63,736 nucleotides of DNA. Origin: an uncultured Planctomycetaceae bacterium (GTDB taxonomy: Bacteria > Planctomycetota > Planctomycetia > Gemmatales > Gemmataceae). Shown in pieces: positions 56,125-63,736 of this stretch; the stretch's first letter is position 1; each line of letters begins with the position of its first letter. The position numbers and the translations under genes are program-made. Where the stretch lies: the NCBI GenBank assembly GCA_903912515.1, contig CAIWHS010000070.1:1-63736 (forward strand), in the 5' to 3' direction. A model generated the notes under the pieces. It was not told the DNA's origin and searched no databases. It saw only the letters and a list, made by a program, of their open reading frames with translations.

Positions 56125-57411
56125 TTAGCGGGCTCGCTTCCTGTGCGTTTCAGCCAAATTTTGGTCCCCAATCCCCTGGTAGTACTCAGCCAAGGCACCA
56201 TGAATGGCAGCATTGTTGGGCGCAATCTCCAGCGCCCCATGAAGCCAGCGAAGCCCCTCGTCCCCCTGATTGTTCCTCAGGCAAATCCTGCCAGCTTCCA
56301 GTCGGGGGGCAGGATCTTTGGGGCTTTCCACCACCTGTTTAAGCAGCGCATCCAGCCGAACCATATCGGCCTCCACCTGTTTGAATTTTTCCAGATGAAA
56401 CTTCGCCTCCTCACCTTTTCCCGCCCGCTCCAAACACAATCCAAGCTGGTAATGCACCTCATGGTCGTTGGGCGCCAATTCCACCGCACGCCTCAACAAT
56501 CTCTCAGCTTCCACCCTACGGTCTTGACTTTGGGCAAATCGGGCTGCTTCCAAAAGGGCCTCGCTCACATCAGGAAATTTCTCCGTCAACTCCGCCACCA
56601 GCAACCCCGCCTCCTCGGTCTGGCCCATTTGGGTCCGGCATTTGGTCAAACCAAGAAGGGCCCGTAAGTCGTCAGGATTCTCCGCCCGCAATTCCCCATA
56701 CAGGTTTGCCGATTCTTCGAACTGCTGTGCCCGGTAAAGCAGTCCCGCCAGCAAGGTTTTTGCCTTGGTGTTGTTGGGAAAATCGGCCAACAATTCCCGA
56801 CACAGGGCCGCCGCCTTATCCCGTTTGCCCAGCACATCATCCATTTGCGCCCGGATTAGTCGCCCAACCGGATTGACCGGAAAGTTCTTCAAGAGATGGT
56901 GAATCCAAAACCCAGCTTGATCGAAATGGTAAATTTCCACTGCCCCCACTGTCAGCGCTTCCAAAATTTGCTCCGCAGCAGGGTGGCCACTGTCGGCTTT
57001 GGCCATCAGCTCATACACATTCGTCTCAATGTCTCCAGCCTGGACTTCTTGCAAAGAGCCCTGCAGCCTTCCTTCCGGAGTCGACCCCGCCAGGGCCCGG
57101 TACCGACGCAGGCACTCCCGTGCATCATCCGGTCGGCCGCCTCTTCTCGCCGCCTGTGCCGCCATGATTAAGGCTTGGCCATCCTGGGGCCTGTAATATT
57201 CAACAATTTCGAGTTGCTGAAATGCCGTCTCAAAATCGTAGCGGGCCAAGGCCTCCTCGGCCCGCGAAAAGGCCAAACGGGCCAAGCCCCATTGGGCTCC
57301 ATGCCACGAACAAAAACAAATCAACAGCACCAAAAATACTGTTAACAGCCCGCGCAAGCGCGTCTGAAAACAAATGCGAGCAACCTGTCCCAATCTGTCT
57401 TTTGCAGTCAT
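56125..57411 (-). CDS. membrane-anchored TPR repeat protein (paralog group)
   Basis: N-terminal TM segment LLTVFLVLLICFC, then multiple TPR units (A..Y.LG.C....G..EEA...). Confidence 0.8.
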   Translation of the reverse strand: MTAKDRLGQVARICFQTRLRGLLTVFLVLLICFCSWHGAQWGLARLAFSRAEEALARYDFETAFQQLEIVEYYRPQDGQALIMAAQAARRGGRPDDARECLRRYRALAGSTPEGRLQGSLQEVQAGDIETNVYELMAKADSGHPAAEQILEALTVGAVEIYHFDQAGFWIHHLLKNFPVNPVGRLIRAQMDDVLGKRDKAAALCRELLADFPNNTKAKTLLAGLLYRAQQFEESANLYGELRAENPDDLRALLGLTKCRTQMGQTEEAGLLVAELTEKFPDVSEALLEAARFAQSQDRRVEAERLLRRAVELAPNDHEVHYQLGLCLERAGKGEEAKFHLEKFKQVEADMVRLDALLKQVVESPKDPAPRLEAGRICLRNNQGDEGLRWLHGALEIAPNNAAIHGALAEYYQGIGDQNLAETHRKRAR

Positions 57412-57412
57412 T

Positions 57413-58711
57413 TCAACGCTTTTCCGCCAGAGCTTCCTGAACTTCAGCCTTTTCCAACTCCCCTGACTCTCGATAATAACCAGCCAGTGCCTGATGCACC
57501 GGACGATGATCCCCTTTCCTGCGCAGCGCGTCTTCCAACAGGTTCCGCCCCTGCTCCTTGCGCCCTACCCGCAAGGCGATTATGCCAGCCTCATAACACG
57601 GCCCAGAGTCTGCCAGTTGTGGCCCGATCATTCTCAATAACTCATTCAGCCGCTTCAAATCTTTTTGCAAATCAGTCAGCTTTTGGTCCAGTTGGCCGGC
57701 CTCCTCATTCTTCCCTTGCGCCCGGAGGGACTGCACCAGTTGGTGCAGGTTCTCCCCGTCCCCTGGTTCCGCCTGAAATGCCCCGCGCAACCAGGTCTCG
57801 GCCTGCTTCGGCTCACCCACCTCCATGGACGCCCGCCCCCTGAGAGCCAATGCCAAATTCGATTGGGGGTACATGGCCAAAGCCCGGTCCAACTGGGCTA
57901 TTGCTTCCATCACTTTGCCCTCCTCCATCAGGCACTGCCCCAGGCCAAGCAAGCCTTCCTCATCCTCTGGATAACGCTGTAAAACCCATTCATAATGGGG
58001 CCTTGCTGTTTCAGGGCTGCGTTTCCTTAGCTGCATGCGGGCGAAAGCGATGCGCACTTCCCGATTCTCAGGGGCCAACTCCAGCGCCTTGGTATAAAAA
58101 TCAACCGCCAGCTCCACCTGCACCATCCGTTCGCAAACCCAACCACCCCAAAACCAGGCCATGGGGGCCTTGGGGTCCACATTGCGCCACATCGAGCAGG
58201 CTTGGCGGGCATCGGCCCATCTTTCGGTGAGCATATAACCTCTGGCTAAGGCCTCCAGTACCAAGGTCACATCCGGGTGGTCCGGCCCCACCATGGCGCG
58301 TAATCGCAAATCAGCCCCGCCAATCAAGCCTTGCTGCACCAATAGCAGGTCACGCTCCAGCCGCACCGACTGAAGGCTCCCTCCCATATCCTCATACCGC
58401 GTCAACAACTGCTTGGCTTCTTGCATTTTGCCTGCGCGCCGGGCGGTGCGGGCTGCCAGAAAAAGCCCCTCCAAATCCTGGGGCTTCAGGGCTAAATACC
58501 ACCCCAAAAATCCCAAACCCTCCAAGAATTCACCGCGCTCAATCGCACCTCCAGCTTTTTTCCATAGCGAATCAGCCCGATAAACGCGCCAAAGCCACCA
58601 ACCTCCCGCCGCCACCGCCAACACCAAAAGTGCCAGAAAAAACGCCAACAAGCGTCGGAAATTCCGACGCTTGTTGGCGTTAGCTGAATCAGGGAAAGGG
58701 CTCTCAGCCAT
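57413..58711 (-). CDS. membrane-anchored TPR repeat protein (paralog group)
   Basis: N-terminal TM segment LLAFFLALLVLAVAAGGWWLW, then TPR units. Its stop is 1 nt from the next TPR gene start. Confidence 0.8.
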   Translation of the reverse strand: MAESPFPDSANANKRRNFRRLLAFFLALLVLAVAAGGWWLWRVYRADSLWKKAGGAIERGEFLEGLGFLGWYLALKPQDLEGLFLAARTARRAGKMQEAKQLLTRYEDMGGSLQSVRLERDLLLVQQGLIGGADLRLRAMVGPDHPDVTLVLEALARGYMLTERWADARQACSMWRNVDPKAPMAWFWGGWVCERMVQVELAVDFYTKALELAPENREVRIAFARMQLRKRSPETARPHYEWVLQRYPEDEEGLLGLGQCLMEEGKVMEAIAQLDRALAMYPQSNLALALRGRASMEVGEPKQAETWLRGAFQAEPGDGENLHQLVQSLRAQGKNEEAGQLDQKLTDLQKDLKRLNELLRMIGPQLADSGPCYEAGIIALRVGRKEQGRNLLEDALRRKGDHRPVHQALAGYYRESGELEKAEVQEALAEKR

Positions 58712-58762
58712 GGTTCAAGCCTTAAAGTCCGTTCCCCTAAAAAATCAGGGAAAAACCCGAAA

Positions 58763-59332
58763 TCACTTTAAATCAATATCCCAAGAATGGCTCTGATTCT
58801 TGATGACCGTGTATTTCAAACCCGAGGTATCAGGGTTGGAAAATTTGTCAGGGATAGGCACTACCGTTTTGGGAACGACCGCTCCACCAACAGATGCCAT
58901 GGTTGGGGTGTTGGGATCATTTGCCTTGCCATCTTTGTCCGCTTCGTTTTCCTTAGGCTCCTCTTTGGGTGCCTTGTTGGGGTCACGGGGGCCCGATGGC
59001 ATCTTGGGTCCGGCCCCCTTGCCGGTCAGCCGACTCTAGGTGGTAGGGTCCTGCGGCAACTTTGGTACCGATACAGTCACCTGACACTCACCAAGGGGGG
59101 CATCCAGCAGGTTGTATTTTCCACTTGGGTCAATACTGGCCGAAGCCGATATGCCTTCCTTGTTTTGAAACATCACCGAGCCGACCGTCAGGTTCTTGCC
59201 AGCAATCGTCACCTTGCCGGATACAGCGCCCCGACTTTTGTAATCCACGCCTCCACAACCAACCACCACCGCCAAAAAGCCTGCGAATGCAGGTGCTATC
59301 CAAACCGGCTTAGCTACCATTTTCCATTCCAT
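58763..59332 (-). pseudogene. DUF1559-associated lipoprotein (carboxypeptidase-regulatory-like beta-sandwich type) interrupted by an in-frame TAG at 59036-59038
   Basis: ORFs 59036-59332 and 58763-59002 are in the same frame. The joined reading is ...FLAVVVGCGG..VSGKVTIAGKNL..GKYNLLDAPLGECQVTVSVPKLPQDPTT-[TAG]-SRLTGKGAGPKMPSGPRDP...IPDKFSNPDTSGLKYTVIKNQSHSWDIDLK. The N-terminus has a lipobox, and the C-terminus is the usual end of this family. Confidence 0.65.
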
Positions 59333-59390
59333 TCCACTACTCCTGGGAAATCAAAGAGGTATTCGATCTAAATTAAATCAAAACCCAAAT

Positions 59391-59424
59391 AAAAAAGGGG
59401 CGATCCATTTCGGTCGCCCCTTTT
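59391..59424 (-). terminator. intrinsic terminator after the DUF1559 gene (hairpin flanked by A-run and T-run, potentially bidirectional)
   Basis: AAAAAA-GGGGCGATC-loop-GGTCGCCCC-TTTT. On the minus strand the hairpin is followed by UUUUUU, 22 nt after the 59446 stop. Confidence 0.6.
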
Positions 59425-59445
59425 ACCAATTAAAAGTTCGGCGAA

Positions 59446-60345
59446 TCAATTATCTAGGCTTTGGGTCTCACCACCATTGGGGGTGAGCGACGCTGCCCAG
59501 TTAACAACATTCACACTCGAACCAACATTGCGAACACTGCCATCCATCATCAGGGCATTGATGCCACCGGTATGAATTTGTTGGGGCAGATACACATTGC
59601 AAGAAGAATTCTTGGGCATGACCTGGAATTTCGAGTTCACACCACGGGCATTCCAGTCGTTGAACATGGCGTGCCAATCCGGGGTCACCGTCTCATGCGC
59701 CCACAAGGTACCTTGGTCCTTGCAACGGGCATAGGCTTCGGTAACACCCAAGGTGTTCGAAGAACCATCAGGATAGGTCACCCGAGCCTGGTAAGAACTT
59801 TGACCCGAATCCCATGCCGACATCCAGCCACCATCGTTGGGATTATGGAAGGCATCGTGATTCGCCACATAGTTGGCAATCGTCCATCCATCTGTCCAAG
59901 TTTCAGCAGGCGAATTGGACGAATCAGATGGGCACAGATAGGTCTTGATAGATTTAGAAGCGTAAGACAAGGGCCCATTTGAATCAACTGAAGGGTTACG
60001 CGGACTAGGAAAAGCAGACAACTTATATATATTGTCTTGCTCAATATAGGGTAGGATATAGACCCACAGTGTACCTTTTTCAGCCTGCTCACCGGTGGCG
60101 GTGGTTCCAGGCTTCGCTTGATAACGACTCATGGGTGGAAATTTGCCATGCGTCGAATGGTAATTGTGCAACCCAAGCCCAATTTGCTTGATGTTGTTTG
60201 AGCAACTCATCCGGTTGGCCGCCTCGCGCACTTTCTGCACAGCGGGAACCAACAAACCAACCAACACGGCAATAATCGCAATCACCACCAGCAACTCAAT
60301 CAGCGTAAAACCTAAAACGCGCAAGCGCTTTTTAATGAAGACCAT
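59446..60345 (-). CDS. DUF1559 protein with prepilin-type N-terminal cleavage/methylation leader
   Basis: LGFTLIELLVVIAIIAVLVGLLVPAVQKVREAANRMSCSNNIKQIGLGLHNY. It is a paralog of the 597-1472 gene. Confidence 0.88.
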   Translation of the reverse strand: MVFIKKRLRVLGFTLIELLVVIAIIAVLVGLLVPAVQKVREAANRMSCSNNIKQIGLGLHNYHSTHGKFPPMSRYQAKPGTTATGEQAEKGTLWVYILPYIEQDNIYKLSAFPSPRNPSVDSNGPLSYASKSIKTYLCPSDSSNSPAETWTDGWTIANYVANHDAFHNPNDGGWMSAWDSGQSSYQARVTYPDGSSNTLGVTEAYARCKDQGTLWAHETVTPDWHAMFNDWNARGVNSKFQVMPKNSSCNVYLPQQIHTGGINALMMDGSVRNVGSSVNVVNWAASLTPNGGETQSLDN

Positions 60346-60520
60346 GGAGCACCTCGCAGAAGAAGAGGAAAAATCACTGCGTCAGTGTCTTAAAGAGATA
60401 ACTTCCCAATAATGACACATATTCCTTCTATGTCTGCTAAAAAACCAAGTCAAGGAAAATTTCCTTAAAACATCACATTTGCCCTAAAAATTTCCGCTTC
60501 GAGATTAAAGATGATAATCC

Positions 60521-61759
60521 CTAATTTTTGGCCCTGCTTGCCTCCGCAATTAGGGCTCTTTGGGCAGTTTCACAGTTAGGATCTAGCTTCAGTGCCAGCT
60601 GAAGCCAGCGCACCCCTTCCTCTCTTTCGCCGTGGCGCAAAAAAAGGAGACCACCCTCCGCTCTCAACGCCGCATTGTTAGGGTCGGTTTTCACTCCGTT
60701 CCTGATCTCTGCCAACCGCGCCAGGTCACTCTCCAGTTGTTTCACCCGCTTATCAAATTTCCCGGCCTCCTCTTCCCGGCCTAGCTGCAACAAACACCTA
60801 TACATCGAATATTGCACCCTTCGGTCAAAGGGTCTGGCCTGCGCCGCTTTGCGCAAAAATGGCTCTGCCTGCCCTGCTTTCCCCTGCTCCAAATCCAGCT
60901 CACCCCGCTCCCACAGGGTTTCACCGTGGTTGGGAAACTCCACGAGCAGTCCATCAAGAATTTGCCGAGCCTTGTCCGGCTCCCCAAGGCGCCGCTGACA
61001 GCGGGCAAGCCCCAACCGCACTGGGGGCACCTCGGGCATCCGGTCTGCCAGCCAAACAAAATGGGTCAAAGCTTCCTGCGGGGTACCCACAATCAGCAGC
61101 GTCTCAGCCAGCTTCAATCTGGCACGCTCACTGTCCGGATGAGCCGCTACCGCCTGCCTGTAATTTTCAGCCGCATCCGCAAAACTTAAATACCTTTCCC
61201 ACACAAAACCTCTGCCCAATAGTGCGTGCAAGTCATCCGGTTTCTGGGCCAAGTAACGGGTGAATCCATCGAGCGCGGCACTAAGCTGGTAGGTATCCAA
61301 ATCTCGCTGAACCAACACTTCCAAAATCACTAGCGCCAGCGCATCGTCACCCTTCGACCTTTCCCGCAATTCAGGCACCGGCCGATCATCACCCTGCGCC
61401 ACAGCCAGTAGCTTTTCCTCCACAGCAATCCATTCTGCATCCCCATGGTTGGCAGCACATTGCCCTAAATAGTCCTGCGCTTGGCGAAAGTCGCGCGCCT
61501 GCCGAGCCGCTCGAACTGCCAGCAATCGCGCCCTACCATCCCCCGGCCGCTCCACGAGATATTTGTCCAACCTTTCCAATGCCCGTCCATATTCCCTTTT
61601 CGCCAGCAACGCTTCCCCTTGAACCAGCAACCCTTTCACCCGCCTACGCTCATCCATCCACCAATACCCAACCACTACGCCAATAACGACAATGAAAACC
61701 AAGACACCCAAAGGCACTCGGTACCGTTTAAACAAGATTTTTAATTCCAGGCCCATCAT
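60521..61759 (-). CDS. membrane-anchored TPR repeat protein (paralog group)
   Basis: N-terminal TM segment LGVLVFIVVIGVVVGYWW, then TPR units. The architecture matches 56125-57411 and 57413-58711. Confidence 0.8.
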   Translation of the reverse strand: MMGLELKILFKRYRVPLGVLVFIVVIGVVVGYWWMDERRRVKGLLVQGEALLAKREYGRALERLDKYLVERPGDGRARLLAVRAARQARDFRQAQDYLGQCAANHGDAEWIAVEEKLLAVAQGDDRPVPELRERSKGDDALALVILEVLVQRDLDTYQLSAALDGFTRYLAQKPDDLHALLGRGFVWERYLSFADAAENYRQAVAAHPDSERARLKLAETLLIVGTPQEALTHFVWLADRMPEVPPVRLGLARCQRRLGEPDKARQILDGLLVEFPNHGETLWERGELDLEQGKAGQAEPFLRKAAQARPFDRRVQYSMYRCLLQLGREEEAGKFDKRVKQLESDLARLAEIRNGVKTDPNNAALRAEGGLLFLRHGEREEGVRWLQLALKLDPNCETAQRALIAEASRAKN

Positions 61760-61773
61760 CAGTCACCTCAACC

Positions 61774-63609
61774 TCACCTGCCCTGAGCCTGATCCACCGC
61801 AACCGCCGGGAAACCTTCCAGGATGCGGTAATACCGGTCTACCAGCAAATTTTCGAACGATTGCTCAAGGCCGCTAGCCCAGGTCACCAGCAAAGTTCCG
61901 GCTGTTTCTTGCCCTAAACCAAAAACCATCCGCCTATCTCCCGAAGAGGCATAAGATCCGCCTCCTTTGGCAAAGCGGGTTTGCCGCTTTCCAGCAGACT
62001 CCCAAACGCTTTTGGCACCTACAATACAACTATTGTCTTTCGCCACCAGATGCACACCCAGCCAGTGGCGGTCTTTGCCACCCACCCCCCTTAAAACCGT
62101 GACCGGTTCATTCAAGGGGTTCAACACCAAATCCATGCGCCCATCGTTGTCCAGATCAGCAAAACCAACCCCTCGGCCCAAATGGTCGTCTTCCCCATAG
62201 GCACCGATTTGGTCGCCCGCATCTCTGAATTTTTGGCCGTTTTGGTTCATCAACAAAACCGGCCGCTGCAACCTTTTGGCGCTGTTGCCCGCCGGGTGAC
62301 GCACCGCATGCCCATTGGTTACAAAAAGGTCTTCCCAACCATCCAGGTCGGCATCCAAAAAACCGGTGCCCCACCCAACATATTTTTGCCCGAGTGCCCC
62401 TATCCCAGCCGCAGTGGAAAAGGGCGTGAAAAGAAGCCGCCCCTGCACCGAATCATTCCGATAAAGCATGGGCAGTTCGTTCTCGTAGTTCGTCACCCAA
62501 AAAGCCGCCTTGCCTGTCCGTTGCGGATCCCCGGCGTCAACTCCCATGCTTCCATTCGCGTTGCCGCGGTCATCCCGCGCAAGGCCGCTCACCAACCCGC
62601 GTTCCTCCAGCCTGATCTTGCCCGGAACCGATTGGTTCAAATAGAAAAAATTGTCGGTTGTGTCGTTGGCCACATAGATGTCGGCCTTCCTGTTCCCATC
62701 CACATCCACCATCACCACCCCCAGCCCCTTGCTCTGCCCCGGCCCTCCGCCTTTTAAGCCGCACTCCCGGCTCACATCCTCAAAGCCACCTCGGGTGTTG
62801 TTCCTAAACACCTTGTGCGCTAGCCCCTCAAAATTTTTAGGTGGGCACACATCCGGTGTTTTACCGTCGTAATAGCAAAGAGGGTGCTTGCGCCACGACC
62901 AATCCACATACTGGCACACATACAAATCTGGAAAACCATCCCCGTCCAAATCGCCAAATGCCACGCTGGTTGCCCACTCAAACCCCTGCCCCAATCCAGC
63001 CTGGATTGTCACCTCCTCAAACCTGCGCCCCTCGCCCGGCGCCATTGGGTTAACGGCAACATTTTTCAACAGCGCAACCGCTCCCCACCCCGTCACCAAA
63101 ATGTCCGGCCACCCATCCCGGTCATAATCACCCACAGCCACACCATGGTTATAAAACCACGGTTTTTCACGCCCCAGTTGCCCCACACCAGTTTTGGCCG
63201 TCACATCCAAAAAGACACAATTTCCGGTGTTCTTGTACAGGGCGCAAGGCAAACCCTGAATCGTTTTCTTATCTGGCCCGCCAAATTCGCCTCCACCCGC
63301 CAAAAAAACATCCATCAGGCCATCCCGGTCAAAATCGATCACCCCAACGCCACCCCCCAGCGATTCTAAAATCGAAAAGTGGTTGGCTGTTGTTTCGCCA
63401 TTTCTGTAAGTGAACGCGATTCGAGATTGCCCTGTCACATCTTCAAAAAGCGGCTGCTTCCACTCCAGGGGTTTGACCACCTCCTGAATGGCTAATTTTC
63501 CCTCACCGGTTTTTGCCGCATTTTTTCCAGCAGGCTGGCTTGATCCACCACAGCCAATCATTGCGCTAACCAAAAAAATTAAATTCAGAGGGTAAATAAC
63601 TCTAAGCAT
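61774..63609 (-). CDS. CRTAC1-family lipoprotein (FG-GAP/VCBS repeats plus ASPIC/UnbV C-terminal domain)
   Basis: Lipobox LVSAMIGCGG. Repeated DxDxDGxxD FG-GAP motifs (DFDRDGLMDV, DYDRDGWPDI, DLDGDGFPDL, DVDGNRKADI, DADLDGWEDL, DLDNDGRMDL). The C-terminal GGSYASSGD is typical of UnbV/ASPIC. Confidence 0.85.
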   Translation of the reverse strand: MLRVIYPLNLIFLVSAMIGCGGSSQPAGKNAAKTGEGKLAIQEVVKPLEWKQPLFEDVTGQSRIAFTYRNGETTANHFSILESLGGGVGVIDFDRDGLMDVFLAGGGEFGGPDKKTIQGLPCALYKNTGNCVFLDVTAKTGVGQLGREKPWFYNHGVAVGDYDRDGWPDILVTGWGAVALLKNVAVNPMAPGEGRRFEEVTIQAGLGQGFEWATSVAFGDLDGDGFPDLYVCQYVDWSWRKHPLCYYDGKTPDVCPPKNFEGLAHKVFRNNTRGGFEDVSRECGLKGGGPGQSKGLGVVMVDVDGNRKADIYVANDTTDNFFYLNQSVPGKIRLEERGLVSGLARDDRGNANGSMGVDAGDPQRTGKAAFWVTNYENELPMLYRNDSVQGRLLFTPFSTAAGIGALGQKYVGWGTGFLDADLDGWEDLFVTNGHAVRHPAGNSAKRLQRPVLLMNQNGQKFRDAGDQIGAYGEDDHLGRGVGFADLDNDGRMDLVLNPLNEPVTVLRGVGGKDRHWLGVHLVAKDNSCIVGAKSVWESAGKRQTRFAKGGGSYASSGDRRMVFGLGQETAGTLLVTWASGLEQSFENLLVDRYYRILEGFPAVAVDQAQGR

Positions 63610-63651
63610 TTCCCCTCCAAACTACGGATGAGCGTTAAAGAGTAGCTGCAA

Positions 63652-63735
63652 TTATTTAGGCTGGTTCCCACCAGGCCCTCCAAGCCCCCTGACCGACTCC
63701 CGCCATTGTTGCGCCCAATCCGGCTTACCCAACGC
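63652..63735 (-). CDS. 3' end of another probable TPR-type CDS (partial, runs off the window end)
   Basis: The minus frame is open from the window edge: ALGKPDWAQQWRESVRGLGGPGGNQPK-TAA. Placement upstream of the CRTAC1 gene mirrors the TPR/CRTAC1 arrangement. Confidence 0.3.
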   Translation of the reverse strand, partial: ALGKPDWAQQWRESVRGLGGPGGNQPK

Positions 63736-63736
63736 C

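Noticed and set aside
1-63736. Scan for CRISPR arrays, IS elements or transposases, integrases, prophage genes, rRNA operons and toxin-antitoxin pairs
   Set aside because: No repeat-spacer periodicity, no terminal inverted repeats flanking a transposase-like ORF, and no integrase motifs next to tRNA-His. The only DNA-level repeat found is the intragenic 39-bp kinase repeat.

Overview
This looks like a chromosomal segment from a Planctomycetota-type genome. Supporting signatures are two DUF1559/prepilin-leader genes, TPR plus CRTAC1 (ASPIC/UnbV) clusters, retropepsin-PDZ proteins, a Tat-signal sugar isomerase and an RGG-tailed RRM protein. Coding density is high, and no mobile elements, CRISPR arrays or rRNA were seen. 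The main system is a complete Planctomycetes/Verrucomicrobia-type (PVM-like) bacterial microcompartment (BMC) operon at about 3.8-13.3 kb. In order it encodes a DeoR regulator, PduL, two BMC-H, acetate kinase, BMC-P, CoA-acylating aldehyde dehydrogenase, BMC-P, an unknown protein, a third BMC-P, a class II aldolase and an LDH/MDH-family dehydrogenase. The ORF track hides two things inside this operon. (1) A SelW/Rdx-like gene (7388-7630) has an in-frame UGA in a CxxU motif and a hairpin just downstream, consistent with a bacterial SECIS. This is a probable selenoprotein embedded among BMC genes. (2) The third BMC-P gene (10505-10798) carries an in-frame TAG with conserved sequence on both sides. 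A second conserved gene, the lipoprotein downstream of a DUF1559 gene (58763-59332), is also interrupted by a single in-frame TAG. The rest of the window is housekeeping (ilvB, dapF, guaA, proC, surE, uvrC, serS, citrate synthase, infA, HU/IHF-like, tRNA-His) and accessory genes. The accessory set includes ZnuA/ZnuC-like genes without a permease, a giant CxxCH protein, an Upf1-like helicase, and a 1304-aa Ser/Thr kinase with 39-bp tandem repeats. All functional calls come from motif and family recognition by eye. No database search was run.
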